A DNA stretch of 64,000 nucleotides from Squalus acanthias (Eukaryota), in the NCBI GenBank assembly GCA_030390025.1, contig CM059438.1, forward strand, positions 56,918,001-56,982,000, read 5' to 3'. This document shows, piece after piece, positions 37,825 through 48,774 of this stretch (its first letter is position 1; each line of letters opens with the position of its first letter). The notes beneath the pieces are model-generated. The model searched no databases and had not been told where the DNA came from. It worked only from the letters and a program-made list of their open reading frames with translations. The translations under genes were made by a program, and so were the position numbers.

Positions 37825-39867
37825 CCTGAAGGAGGAGGGATCTGGGAATGGTAACTGAGCGCGCCAACGTTTGGGACTGGCTTGCCGGGAAGTCCTGGAA
37901 TGGTGAAAGCCGGCTACGTGCCATCTGAGACGTGGCCAGACGTCCTTCGAAAAGCCCATCCCCCTCACTGCAGACAATTTGCAGGCCATATCCCAGGACT
38001 GAGGTTCCCCTCGAGGGCAATTCAATCTTTAGTTCCTGCACGTCCTGTTGGATTTCTCCCGTGCCTCTGAGGAGACCAGTCTCCAGACTACATGTGAGGC
38101 CCACACAGCATGTATGTGGCAGCTTTGAGGTTCAGAGACCAGTTGCCTGCACACTGAGTTTGCTATGTTTGCACTTGCTCTCTAAGGGCTGTGCCCTATA
38201 TTTCTAAATCATTCCTGAACACTGCCAGATCACGGACACTGAAGCCCGTACACAGATGACATTGACCATTCAATTCCTCACAGAAGAGCTAACTTTTACC
38301 TTGTGCTTTGTGGCCTTGGCCACCTTTGTCCTTAAGAGTATTGGGCCTGCATTAGGGCCAGACCCTGGGCTGTGTTTTCAGGATTGACTGTTCCAGTTGC
38401 ATTCCCATTTACAATGTCGTGCATTGGGTCCTGGATGTATGTACTGTACTGTTAAATGATTGTGTGTTATTTCCACTGTGCCACAGTTTTCACCGGTGGT
38501 GGTCCTGGTCACAGGGTGTCCCCAGGACTGTAGCCGTTTCCATTTTTCTGTGCTGATTTCCTGTTTCTTTAATGTTGTAGTTAGATATCTAGGCACTCTG
38601 ACTTCTGAGGGCCTCCTGGTGAGGCCGAGCTAAGTGGAGGGCTGTCTGCGTGAGCTCTGAGAATGCTAAACTCCTTCCAGAGCTCGAAGGCAGGAGTTTG
38701 TCAGAATGTCTTTGTGAAATGTATTTAGTGCCATGTATTCGCTGGGCAGCTAGGACTGTGGGAGGGAGTTCTTAAATATGGAAGGGCGAGAGTGAGTGGA
38801 GTTGGGTTTATGTGCGTGCAGCACGCAGTTACACTGGAGTGAAAGCTTGGTGGTGCCTCGGGCTGAGACTGTCGAATGTTAAACTTTCACCTGGCTTCAA
38901 ATCGCCAGTGACTGAGCACAAAGTTCTGTCCTTGTGCAGCCACTTGGCCTGAACACACATTCTGCACACTGTGCACAAAGGGCCACAGATCTGTACTGTT
39001 GCCTGTAGATGGAACATTGACACAAACTCTGAGAGATGGATGCTAATGACATGGGGAGTGTTGGAATTAAAGCAGAAATAATTTCTTGGGTTTTACCAGA
39101 GAGTTTGATAACAGCCATACACATTCACCACCTGATTAGGTACTGGACCTTATGCCTGATCATGTACCTTTACTTCATTATTAGTATAGGCACTAAATTG
39201 GATTCCCAGATCCTAGCAGGAAGGTCCCCAGTTAATCAGAATGACTGGGCCCCTGAAATTCTGCTGTAACCCTTGTCTACTTGGACCATACCTACGTAAC
39301 TGGGGACCGTGCACAGAACATTCCCCTTTAGTCTTGAGCGGGGAGTACAGCAATCCAAGCGTTGGCTTGGAGGCTGCTCTTCTGCGACTGAGCTCGTGTG
39401 TGGCAGAGCTGGGAAGCAGTTAGTGCCAATACTAACTCTGATCCAGCACTGCCTGTTGGATTCACTGGATGCAATCTAGAAAGAACAATGAATTATTCAC
39501 TAATCTCACCCCAAGGCACCATACGTGCTGGCTGAATTGTGTACAGAAAGTCTTTGTGTTTGGATTTTACATTAGCTCTGAATTGGGGGGGTGGAGAGGG
39601 AGAAAGAGGACAGAAGTAGGTTTAAAGATGTAGACTTAGGTTTGCATGGATGCATTGTTTGCTGTGTCAGTTTCCAGATTATTCACAAGTGGAAATGTTC
39701 TTTACCCGGTGGTGGCAACTGAATCGCACAGATAATGAGCTGTGACTGACTGATCCACAGAAACTGCGACTGCAGCAGAATACTCAAATCACTCGGGCAA
39801 TGTATCTTGTGTTCCGAGAGGAAGTAAAATTTTGTAATAGGTGAGACCGTTATTCTTACTGTTATAA

Positions 39868-39873
39868 AATAAA
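39868..39873 (+). terminator. TPRN: Candidate TPRN polyadenylation signal (second AATAAA at 39941-39946)
   Basis: AATAAA after ~2 kb of apparently repeat-free sequence downstream of the stop, followed by a GT-rich stretch (TCGTGTTTG). Confidence 0.55.
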
Positions 39874-40099
39874 CAGAAAATCGTGTTTGATCAGGAAAGA
39901 GAAATAGAGCATTGAAGGTGTAGGGAGAAATTCCTCAGCCAATAAATCAATTCCTTCTACTCCAGTAAAATATAATCAAAAACACAATTTGTAATAGGAT
40001 TGGCCTTGATTGTGTCTGGCTGCAATTTGATGGGTTTGTTACCTCAAGAATATCTCCCTTTGAACCCTTTATTCATGTTGGAATAGAAACCTGTAGACA

Positions 40100-40410
40100 T
40101 GACCCAGCAGGTTAGCACATGCTCCTTTCACTTCTGGCTTTAAATCCTGACCAGCCTTGTCGGCTGTAAATTTTAATGATTTTCAGGAGGTCTCTGCCCA
40201 GTTTGCTGTAGACACAAGTCCACAATACAAAAGCACTTGTATTTTACCCATAGTTAGGGAATGATCTCCCGAGAGGTGATAAAGGTGGAGGGTGAGAGCA
40301 ATGAAATCATCCCGTTTCTGCAGTTTGGGGGGGGGGGGGGGAGGGAGGAGGAGGGGGACACTATTCTAAGGTTAGGTTGAAGCACTTGAGCCAGTGTCAT
40401 ACTTGCACAT
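40100..40410 (+). mobile_element. Ancient LF-SINE-like fragment
   Basis: Collinear resemblance to recalled LF-SINE blocks: CCTTTCACTTCTGG, TCTCTGCCCAGTT, GTCCACAATACAAAAGCAC, AGGTTAGGTTGAAGCAC, CAGTGT..CTTGCAC. Confidence 0.45.
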
Positions 40411-41464
40411 AAGCCATCAAGGTGTGCTTGTAATTATTTTACCCTACTGACCCGCATATAGGCTGCACTGTGATGTTCGTAGGTGATCCCAGCCAGACAT
40501 GTAGTTGTCCGGGCAGATGTTGCCCAACCCCCCCCCCCCCCCCAGTATTGCTGTTCAGTAGGTTTAGTGATGATGCAGTAGAGATAATAAGGAATAAACT
40601 GTGATCACCCCCAGGCTCCAACACTGTGCAGTGGGGTTCACACTGCACAGAGCTAAATGTGCTACTGATGGACTGCTCGGAGTAAATACCCCTATAGATG
40701 GAGAGGGCTATAGTATCTCAACGTCCTTTAGAATCTCTGAAGAGAATTAACTATTCACTGCACTTAATCAACACTCCAAATTGCACACTCCAAATACCTT
40801 CAGAGACGGAGTAACCGTGTTCTTGGAGAATATTGCAGCCCTGGCTGTGATGCAAACCTTTTATTCACGGCTGCAACACTTGTGAATCGCGTCTTCCGTG
40901 ACTGTCGACACGAACCAATCTGCATGATATCAGATATTAACAGTAAGGGGAGGGGTTAGGGTTAGCAGATACCGGCCTTGTTTTGAAAATGCAAGGCGGT
41001 GCATCATCGGAGGAGCGGATTCCAGACGAGGGAAATATTATTTAATAAAATTGCATATGCACTATAGAATTTTGCACTTAGAAGCGGTTGAACTGAAAGG
41101 AAAAATCTGAAACTTGCCAGCGTCCAGTCACACAGCCAAACGTATTGCTCTTTTAGTAACATTCACCTTTGTTGGAAATCCTAGAAATGGACATTGTCAA
41201 AAAAAACCACCTCAGATAGCTATGGATACAGCAGTGCTTCAGCTGGAGAGTCTCCTGTATAGTGATACCCAATGCTGATTTTGATAGAATTTTCTTACTT
41301 TTGGTTGTACTGTAGATGTAATGACTGTATAATTCATAATGGTTTAACATTTTCACAGATGCGATCAACTGTTGATTTAAAAAATAAATAAAAGATACAC
41401 TGGCAATAAGTTGTTTTTGTGAGAAGAGATGTAATAAATCACAATTTATTTTATGTACAGGTAT

Positions 41465-41815
41465 TATGGATAGAAACTGGAGGAGACCATTCAGCCCCTT
41501 GAGTCTGTTCCGCCATTCAATTAGATCATGGCTGATCTGTATCACGACTCCATTTATCCGCTTTGGTTCCATAGCTCTTAATACCCTTAACTAACAAAAA
41601 TCTATCACTCAGTTTTGAGTTTTTCAACAGCTTTTTGGGGGAGAGAGAGTTACAGGTTTCCACTACCCTTTGTGTGAAGAAGTGCTTCCTGACATCACCC
41701 CTGAATGGCCTGGCTCTAATTTTAAGGTTATGCCCCCTTGTTCTGAACTCCCCAACCAGGGGAAATGGTGATTCTCTCTACCCTATCAAATCCATTAATT
41801 ATTTTAAACACTTTA
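41465..41815 (-). mobile_element. CR1 3' end fragment
   Basis: GGAGGAGACCATTCAGCCCCTTGAGTCTGTTCCGCCATTCAATTAGATCATGGCTGATC and TTTCCACTACCCTTTGTGTGAAGAAGTGCTTCCTGAC. Confidence 0.8.
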
Positions 41816-41879
41816 GATATATTTAACTATGTGGGTGCACTGGTCTATTTACTAGTACAGTATATCAAAACGAGTGAAC

Positions 41880-44800
41880 CTGTTTAGCATGCATGCAGCC
41901 CTGTGTTGCAGCTTCCCCAGGTTGGCACCTCATTTTTGGGTACACCTGGTGCTGCTCCTGGCATGCTCTTCTGCATTCCTCATTGAACCAGGGTTGGTCC
42001 CCTGGCTTGATGGTAATGATGGTGAGGGATAAGCCAGGCCATGAGGTTAGATTGTGGTGGAATACAATTCTGCTGATGGCCCACAACGCCTCATGGATGC
42101 TCAGTTTTGAGCTGCGAGATCTGGTCTGAATCTATCCCATTTAGCACCGTGGTAGTGCCACACAACACGACGAAGGGTGTCCTCGGGTGTGAAGACAGGA
42201 CTTCGTCTCCACAAGGACTGTGCGGTGGTCACTGCTACCATTGCTGTCATGGACAGATGCATCTGCGACAGATTGGTGAGAATGAGGTCAAGTAGGTTTC
42301 TCCCCTCATGTTAGTTCTCTCACCACCTGCCACAGGCCCAGTCTGCTAACTATGTCCTTCAGGACTTGGCCAGCTCAGTCAGTAGTGGTGCTACTGAGCT
42401 ACTCTTGGTGATGGACATTGAAATCCCCCCACCAGAGTACATTCTGTGCCCTTGCTACTCTCCGTGCTTCTTCCAAGTGGTGGAGTACTGATTCATCAGG
42501 CGAGGGAGGGCGGTAGGTTTTCTTGCCTATGCTTGACCTGAAGCCATGAGACTTCATGGGGTCCGGAGTCGATGTTGAGGACTCCCAGGGCCACTCCCTC
42601 CCAACTGTATACCACTGTGCCTCTGGTGGGTCTGTCCTGCCAGTGGGACAAGACATACCCAGGGATGGTGATGGAGGAGTTTGGGACATTGGCTGACAGG
42701 TATGATTCTGTGAGTATCACTGTCAGGCTGTTGCTTGACTAGTCTGTGGGACAGCTCTCCCAGTTTTGGCACAAGTCCCCAGATGTTAGTGAGGAGGACT
42801 TTGCAGGGTCGACTAGGCTGGGTGTGCCTTTGTCGTGTCCGAAGCTGGTGCCTAGGTCGATGCCGGGTGGTCTGACCTGTTTTATTATTGTTTCTCGTAG
42901 CAGTTTGTTACAACTGAGTGGCTTGGTAGGCCATTTCAGAGGGCAGTTAAGAGTCAACGACATTGCTGTGGGTCTGGAGTCACATATAGGCCAGACCAGG
43001 TAAGGACAGCAGATTTCCTTCCCTAAAGGACATTAGTGAACCAGATGGGTTTTTATGGCACTGATCGTTTCATGGTCCCCATTACTGATACTAGCTTTTT
43101 ATTCCATATTTATTTAACTGAATTTAAATTCCCCAGATGCCATGGTGGGATTTGAACTCCTGTCTCAGGATTACTAGTCCAGTAACATAACCACTATGCT
43201 ACCGTTCCTGGAAGCAGCATGCTATAGACGGAGCTAAGCGATCCCACAATCAATGAATTAACAATCCTGCCACATCCAGTTGTGAATGGTGGTGGACAAT
43301 TAAACAGGAGGAGGAGGCTCCATGAACATCCCCCTCCTCAATGATGACAGAGCCCAGCACACGAGTGCAAAAGACAAGGCTGAAGCGTTTGCCAGAAGTG
43401 CTGAGATCACCACCACCAATTCAGCCAATTCAATTCACTCCACGTGATAAAGAAATGGCCGAGCACATTGGATATAGAAAAGGCTAGGGGCTCTGACAAC
43501 ATCCTGGCTGTCTTGTGCTTGGCCTCTAGCCAAGCTGTTCCAGTATAGCTATAACACTGGCATCTACCCGACAATGTGGAAAACTGCCCAGGTATATCCT
43601 GTCCACAAAAGCAGGACAAATCCAATCCAGCCAATTACCGCCCCATCAGTCTACTCTCAATCATCAGCAAAATGATGGAAGGTGTCGTCGACAGTGCTAT
43701 CACACGGTACTTACCAATAACCTGCTCACCGATGCTCAGTTTGGGTTCCGTCAGGACCACTCTGCTCCAAACATGGACAAAAGAGCTGAATTCCAGAGGT
43801 GAGGTGAGTGACTACCCTTGACATCATCAAGGCAGCATTTGACCGAGTGTGGCATCAAGGAGCCCTAGTAAAATTGAAGTCAATGGGAATCGGGGGGAAA
43901 ATTCTCCACTGGCTGGAATCATACCTAGCACAAAGGAAGATGGTTGTGGTGGTTGGAGGTCAATCATCTCAGCCCCAGGACATCACCGCAGGAGTTCCTC
44001 AGGGCAGTGCCCTAGGCCCAACCATCTTCAGCTGCTTCATCAATGATGTTCCCTCCATCATAAGGTCAGAAGTGGGGATATTAGCTGATAATTGCAGTGT
44101 TCAGTTCCATTCACAACTCCTCAGATAATGAAGCAGTCCATGCCCACATGCAGCAAGACCTGGAATGTTTAGGCTGAAAAGTGGCAAGTAACATTTGTGC
44201 CATGCAAGTAACATTTGTGCCATACAAGTGCCAGGCAATGACCATCTCCAACAAGTGAGTGTCTAACCACCACCCCATGACATTCAACAGCATTACCATT
44301 GTTGAATCCCCCACCAACATCCTGGGGGGTCACCATTAAGGGCAACATGGTGGCATAATGGTTAGCACTGTTGCCTCACAGCGCCAGGGACCCGGGTTCG
44401 AATCCGGCCTCGGGTGTGTGTCTGTGTGGAGTTTGCACATTCTCCCAGTGTCTGCGTGGGTTTCCTCCCACAGTCCAAAGATGTGCGGGTTAGGTTGATT
44501 TGGCTATGATAAATTGACACTTAGTGTTAGGGGGATTAAATACGTGGGGTTACGGGGATAGGGTGGGATATGTGTCGGTGCAGGCTCGATGGGCCGAAAT
44601 GGCCTCTATCTGCACTGTGGGATTCTGTGACCAGAAACTTAACTGGACCAGCCACAGAAATACTGTGGCAACAAGAGCGGGTCAGAGGCTGGGTATTCTG
44701 CGGCGAGTTTCTCACCACCCGACTTCCCAAAGCCTTTCCACCATCTACAGGGCAGGAGTGTGATGGATGAGTGCAGCTCCAACAACACTCGAAGCTCGAC

Positions 44801-45245
44801 ACCATCCAAGACAAAGCAGCTCGCTTGATTGGCACCCCATCCACCACCTTAAATATTCACCCCCTCCACCACTGGCGCACCATGGCTGCAGTGTGCACCA
44901 TCTACAAGATGCACTGCAGCAACTTCTTTGGCAGCACCTCCCAAACCCGCGACCTCTACCACCTAGAAGGACAAGGGCAGCAGGTGCATGGGAACACAAT
45001 CACCTGCAAGTTCCCCTCCAAGTTACAAAGCACCCTGACTTGGAAATATATCGCCGTTCCTTCATCGTCGCTGGGTCAAAATCCAGGAACTCCCTCCCTA
45101 ACAGCACTGTGGGAGCACCTTCACCACATTGACTGCAACAGTTCAAGAAGGCAGCTCACCACCACCTTCTCAAGGCCAATTAGGGATGGGAAATAAATGC
45201 TGGCTTTGGCAGCGACACCCACATCCCAGGAACGAATAAAAAAAA
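41880..45245. mobile_element. Full-length tRNA-headed CR1-group LINE (copy B) with inverted 5' part (41880-43208 minus; 43209-45245 plus)
   Basis: Head with A box 43201-43191 and B box 43157-43148, plus EN (MPKLGELSHRLVKQQPD, ILTESYL, GDFNVHH), lie on the minus strand. RT and 3' tail lie on the plus strand. Degenerate TSD AAAACGAGTGAACCT / AAAACTTGTGGACCT. Confidence 0.9.
44338..44628 (+). mobile_element. HE1-type V-SINE nested in LINE copy B
   Basis: Splits host GGGGTCACCATT|GACCAGAAACT. Has the tRNA head GGTTAGCACTGTTGCCTCACAGCGCCAGGGACCCGGGTTCGAATCC and the V domain. Confidence 0.9.
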
Positions 45246-46543
45246 CTTGTGGACCTCCTATGGCATTGCCCAGGTGCAAGGGGTGCCTGGGTGAAGATTA
45301 GATGTGCAGATAAAAATGAGAAGGGAAGGGGGGGAGGCAATGGTGGAAAGTTGAAAGAGACAAATGTAGATATGATGTTAAAAATCAGTCTCACAAAGTT
45401 CAAGAAATAATTCCAAAATTGAGAATTAACCAGTTGCAGGAGATGGGGATTCAAAGGTGTGGTATTGAAACCCAAGTTAGTTTGAAATGAACGAGGATCT
45501 GGCACATCACCAACTGGGTAGAGGCCTGAATCGTGACAATGCATTGGTTACAGGGGTAGATGGGGAATTGCCATTATAAATGGTGACATAAAAGCATTAC
45601 TCAAAAATCCTGACAACAGGGAGTTAACTTTTTGGGATAAGAAATGTGCACCTACACAAAACTTTTTCTATATTAGACGATTTCCCGTGACTCTGCTCAT
45701 GGTGAGTGAAAACCAAGTGTGGGGGATAATTGGACCAGACATAATTCAGTCCCCCTTTTAAAGTTGTACATCTCTCCCTATTTTTCGGTTATAAATTCCT
45801 ATGTAAACTTGTCACACTGTAATTCCACCCTCCTGCCAGTGGTGCTGCTGCTGCAGCACATCTACTTGTGGGAGGGCATAATTACAGTATGACAAGTTTT
45901 TTTTATAGGCAGTTTACATTATAAGTGTGGATGTAGGAAGTTTACAGAAGTTCCTACATCCATATTTATAAATAGCGACAGGGAGTGTGTGCACATGTAA
46001 GATTTTTACTATAGACAGATGGCACATCGGCATATGCAAATACCACTAAACATTACACTATTATAGAATCTTAAAATGCTGTGTGCTAAGTGGAGCCAGA
46101 AACTGATGAGCCCTTGACAATTTGCAGAGTTCCCAGACCGAATAATTAAAACTCAATGATCGGAGGGTCTTTACTTAAGTTGATTCTATGGCCTTAAAGT
46201 TATGCCTTAACAGGAGAATAATACAATTCGTTACATGGTACAGGAAACTCTTTGGTATCCGGCACCGACGGGACCAGCGTGGTGCCGGTTGATCAAAAGT
46301 TCCGGATAACGGAGAGTTATATCTACCGAGGCTATTTTTAACAAACAAAAATAAAAAAATCAAGAAATGTGCAGTATACAGTAATTGGGTACTCACCTAC
46401 AGAATGTTGTGTTAAATGGATGGTGGAAGATGCTTGATTAAGTACAGTACTGCCAGTTGAGGGTAATCCATAACTCTTTAATTACTTAACAGTAAAACAA
46501 AACTTATAAACGACTGTATACAGTACTGTAGTTGACTGTACAC

Positions 46544-48301
46544 TTATTCCGAGTCATCTGGTTCATCAGAAATATCCGTGCCAGCTGGGTCATCAGGATC
46601 ATGCAGTTCCACAGATTCTTCAGGCACTTCCGCTGCTTCGACTCTTTTGGAAGCTTTCTTAAACATGTTGCGGATGTCGGTTTGCTAAGTGGACTCTTGC
46701 CTTTTCTGTAGAAATGTGGAATGCAGAATATGGAGTTGCATAACTTCTTGGGCAGAGTAGCAAGTCTGCCTTTCAGCAAATTTGAGGATTGAAGAAAATC
46801 CTTCTGCAGCTTTAGCCCAAGAAATCTTGTTCTCTTCAGAAATATCATCCTCTTCACCTTCCATCTCACTTTCCTTTTCTTTCTTTGGATTCAAAACATT
46901 CTCAATTATTTCATCATCACTTAGCATATGCACAACACCAACTTCTCTATCTGCATCAACCCACTGCTCGATATCACTTTCACTGAGGTGACGTAGAGGG
47001 TTTGCTGGGCCTGCATTTTTCACCATGCCAGCCATGTCCATTATTGTACTCTTCTTGGGACGAACATTGAACCCATGAAATTCCTCCTCTGAAGAAGAAC
47101 CTTCAGCAAACATTACAGAAGGCCACAATTTGCGCCAGGCTTGCCTCAGAATGTGACCTTTCACAAAGTTCCAGGAACATGCAACATTATAGATGGCATC
47201 TTTAATATTGTATTCCTTCTGAAATGCTTGAATATTGTCATCTTGGCTTATCAGTTTACGTAGGAAGTCTTTCTTATAATGACACTTCAGATTTTGGATA
47301 ACGCCCTGGTCCATGGGTTGGATGAGAGAAGTTACATTTGGTGGCAAATAAATGGTGAAAATATTTCCCGAAACCAACTCGGATTCATGCGGATGGGCTC
47401 TACAATTATCAAGCAATAAAATGCATTTGCTATCTTCAGGTTTCCATATTTTATGGAAATGTTCCCTCACAGATGGAACAAAAATATGATGGAACCAATC
47501 GGAGAAGATTTCCTTATCCATCCAAGCATTTTTTTAAGCTTTGTACTCAACAGGTAAGTGCCTCACATTTTTAAATATACGGGGATTTTTATACTTCCCG
47601 ATAACAAGAAGTTTAACCCGGTGTGATCCAGCAGCGTTCGCACATGTTAGCACGGTTACACGATCTTTATTTTTCTTGTAAACTGAAGCATTAGCCTCAC
47701 TAGCCCCAGAAAGCGTTGATTCTGGCAAAAACCTCCAAAACAAGCCAGTTTCATCGGCATTATATATCTGTGCTGGCAACAAATCATGTTGCTGCACAAT
47801 CCGATTGAAATAATCGCAGTATTCTTCTGCGGCGTCGTGATCAGCTGATTTCTTCTCCCCGGAAATATCGAGTCGTCGTATCCCGTGCCGTAACTTGAAG
47901 CACGTTAGCCATCCATCGGAGAAAGCACACTTGTCAGTGAGCTCCATCCTTTTGTAGAAATCCTTCGCTTTCTCGATTAGCATGGGTCCGGAAATTGGAA
48001 CACCCTCTGAACGCTTAAGAGAAAACCATTCATAAAGCACGGTATCCAGCTCTTCAAGCTTAGGCTTACGAAGCGTACGCCGTTTCTCTACACTCTTAGA
48101 TGTCTCCGAGCTTGAATAAAACTTGAGCAGCTTATCCTTCTGCGATTTGATGTCGTAGATTGTTGACGAACCGATTTTGAATTCATTCATAATGTTGATA
48201 TGCTTCTCTCCGTTTTCTAGTCGTTGGCATATCTCGATTTTCTGTTTTAAAGTTAAGACCACTCTCTTCCTTTTGCTTGGACCAGCTTTTGGGAATTCCA
48301 T
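46544..48301 (-). pseudogene. Tigger-type DD32D transposase (585 codons) interrupted by two in-frame stops
   Basis: N-terminal HTH and CENP-B-type HTH ([43 protein letters not shown]). Catalytic [16 protein letters not shown] and QPMDQG. TAA at 47536-47534 and TAG at 46687-46685 are in the same frame; final TAA at 46546-46544. Confidence 0.92.
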
Positions 48302-48336
48302 AATGCAAGATGGGGGAGATAATTCCCGATAAAGAT

Positions 48337-48774
48337 GGAGAGACACACAGAACAATGGTGGCTAGGAAGAGACTACCAGCAGCGTGGGAGACACACAGTA
48401 AAATGGTGTATCAGAAGAGACTACCAGCAGCGTGGGAGACACACAGTAAAATGGTGTATCAGAAGAGACTACCAGCAGCGTGGGAGACACACAGTAAAAT
48501 GGTGTATCAGAAGAGACTACCAGCAGCGTGGGAGACACACAGTAAAATGGTGTATCAGAAGAGACTACCAGCAGCGTGGGAGACACACAGTAAAATGGTG
48601 TATCAGAAGAGACTACCAGCAGCGTGGGAGACACACAGTAAAATGGTGTATCAGAAGAGACTACCAGCAGCGCGGGAGACACACAGTAAAATGGTGTATC
48701 AGAAGAGACTACCAGCAGCGCGGGAGACACACAGTAAAATGGCCGATCAGAAGAGACTCCCGGCAGCGCGGGAG
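48337..48774. repeat. 48-bp tandem repeat (9 copies) in the transposon 5' leader
   Basis: Unit GGGAGACACACAGTAAAATGGTGTATCAGAAGAGACTACCAGCAGCG(T/C), with divergent first and last copies. Confidence 0.95.

Noticed and set aside
40953..40966. Interstitial telomeric repeat GGGTTAGGGTTAG
   Set aside because: Only two units, compatible with chance.
47521..47536. Programmed frameshift at the A7 run between the two transposase ORFs
   Set aside because: Both ORFs are in the same frame; a single TAA explains the break.
46544..48301. Domesticated JRK/JRKL/TIGD gene
   Set aside because: Intact TIRs, TA TSD and two nonsense codons indicate a transposon copy, not a host gene.
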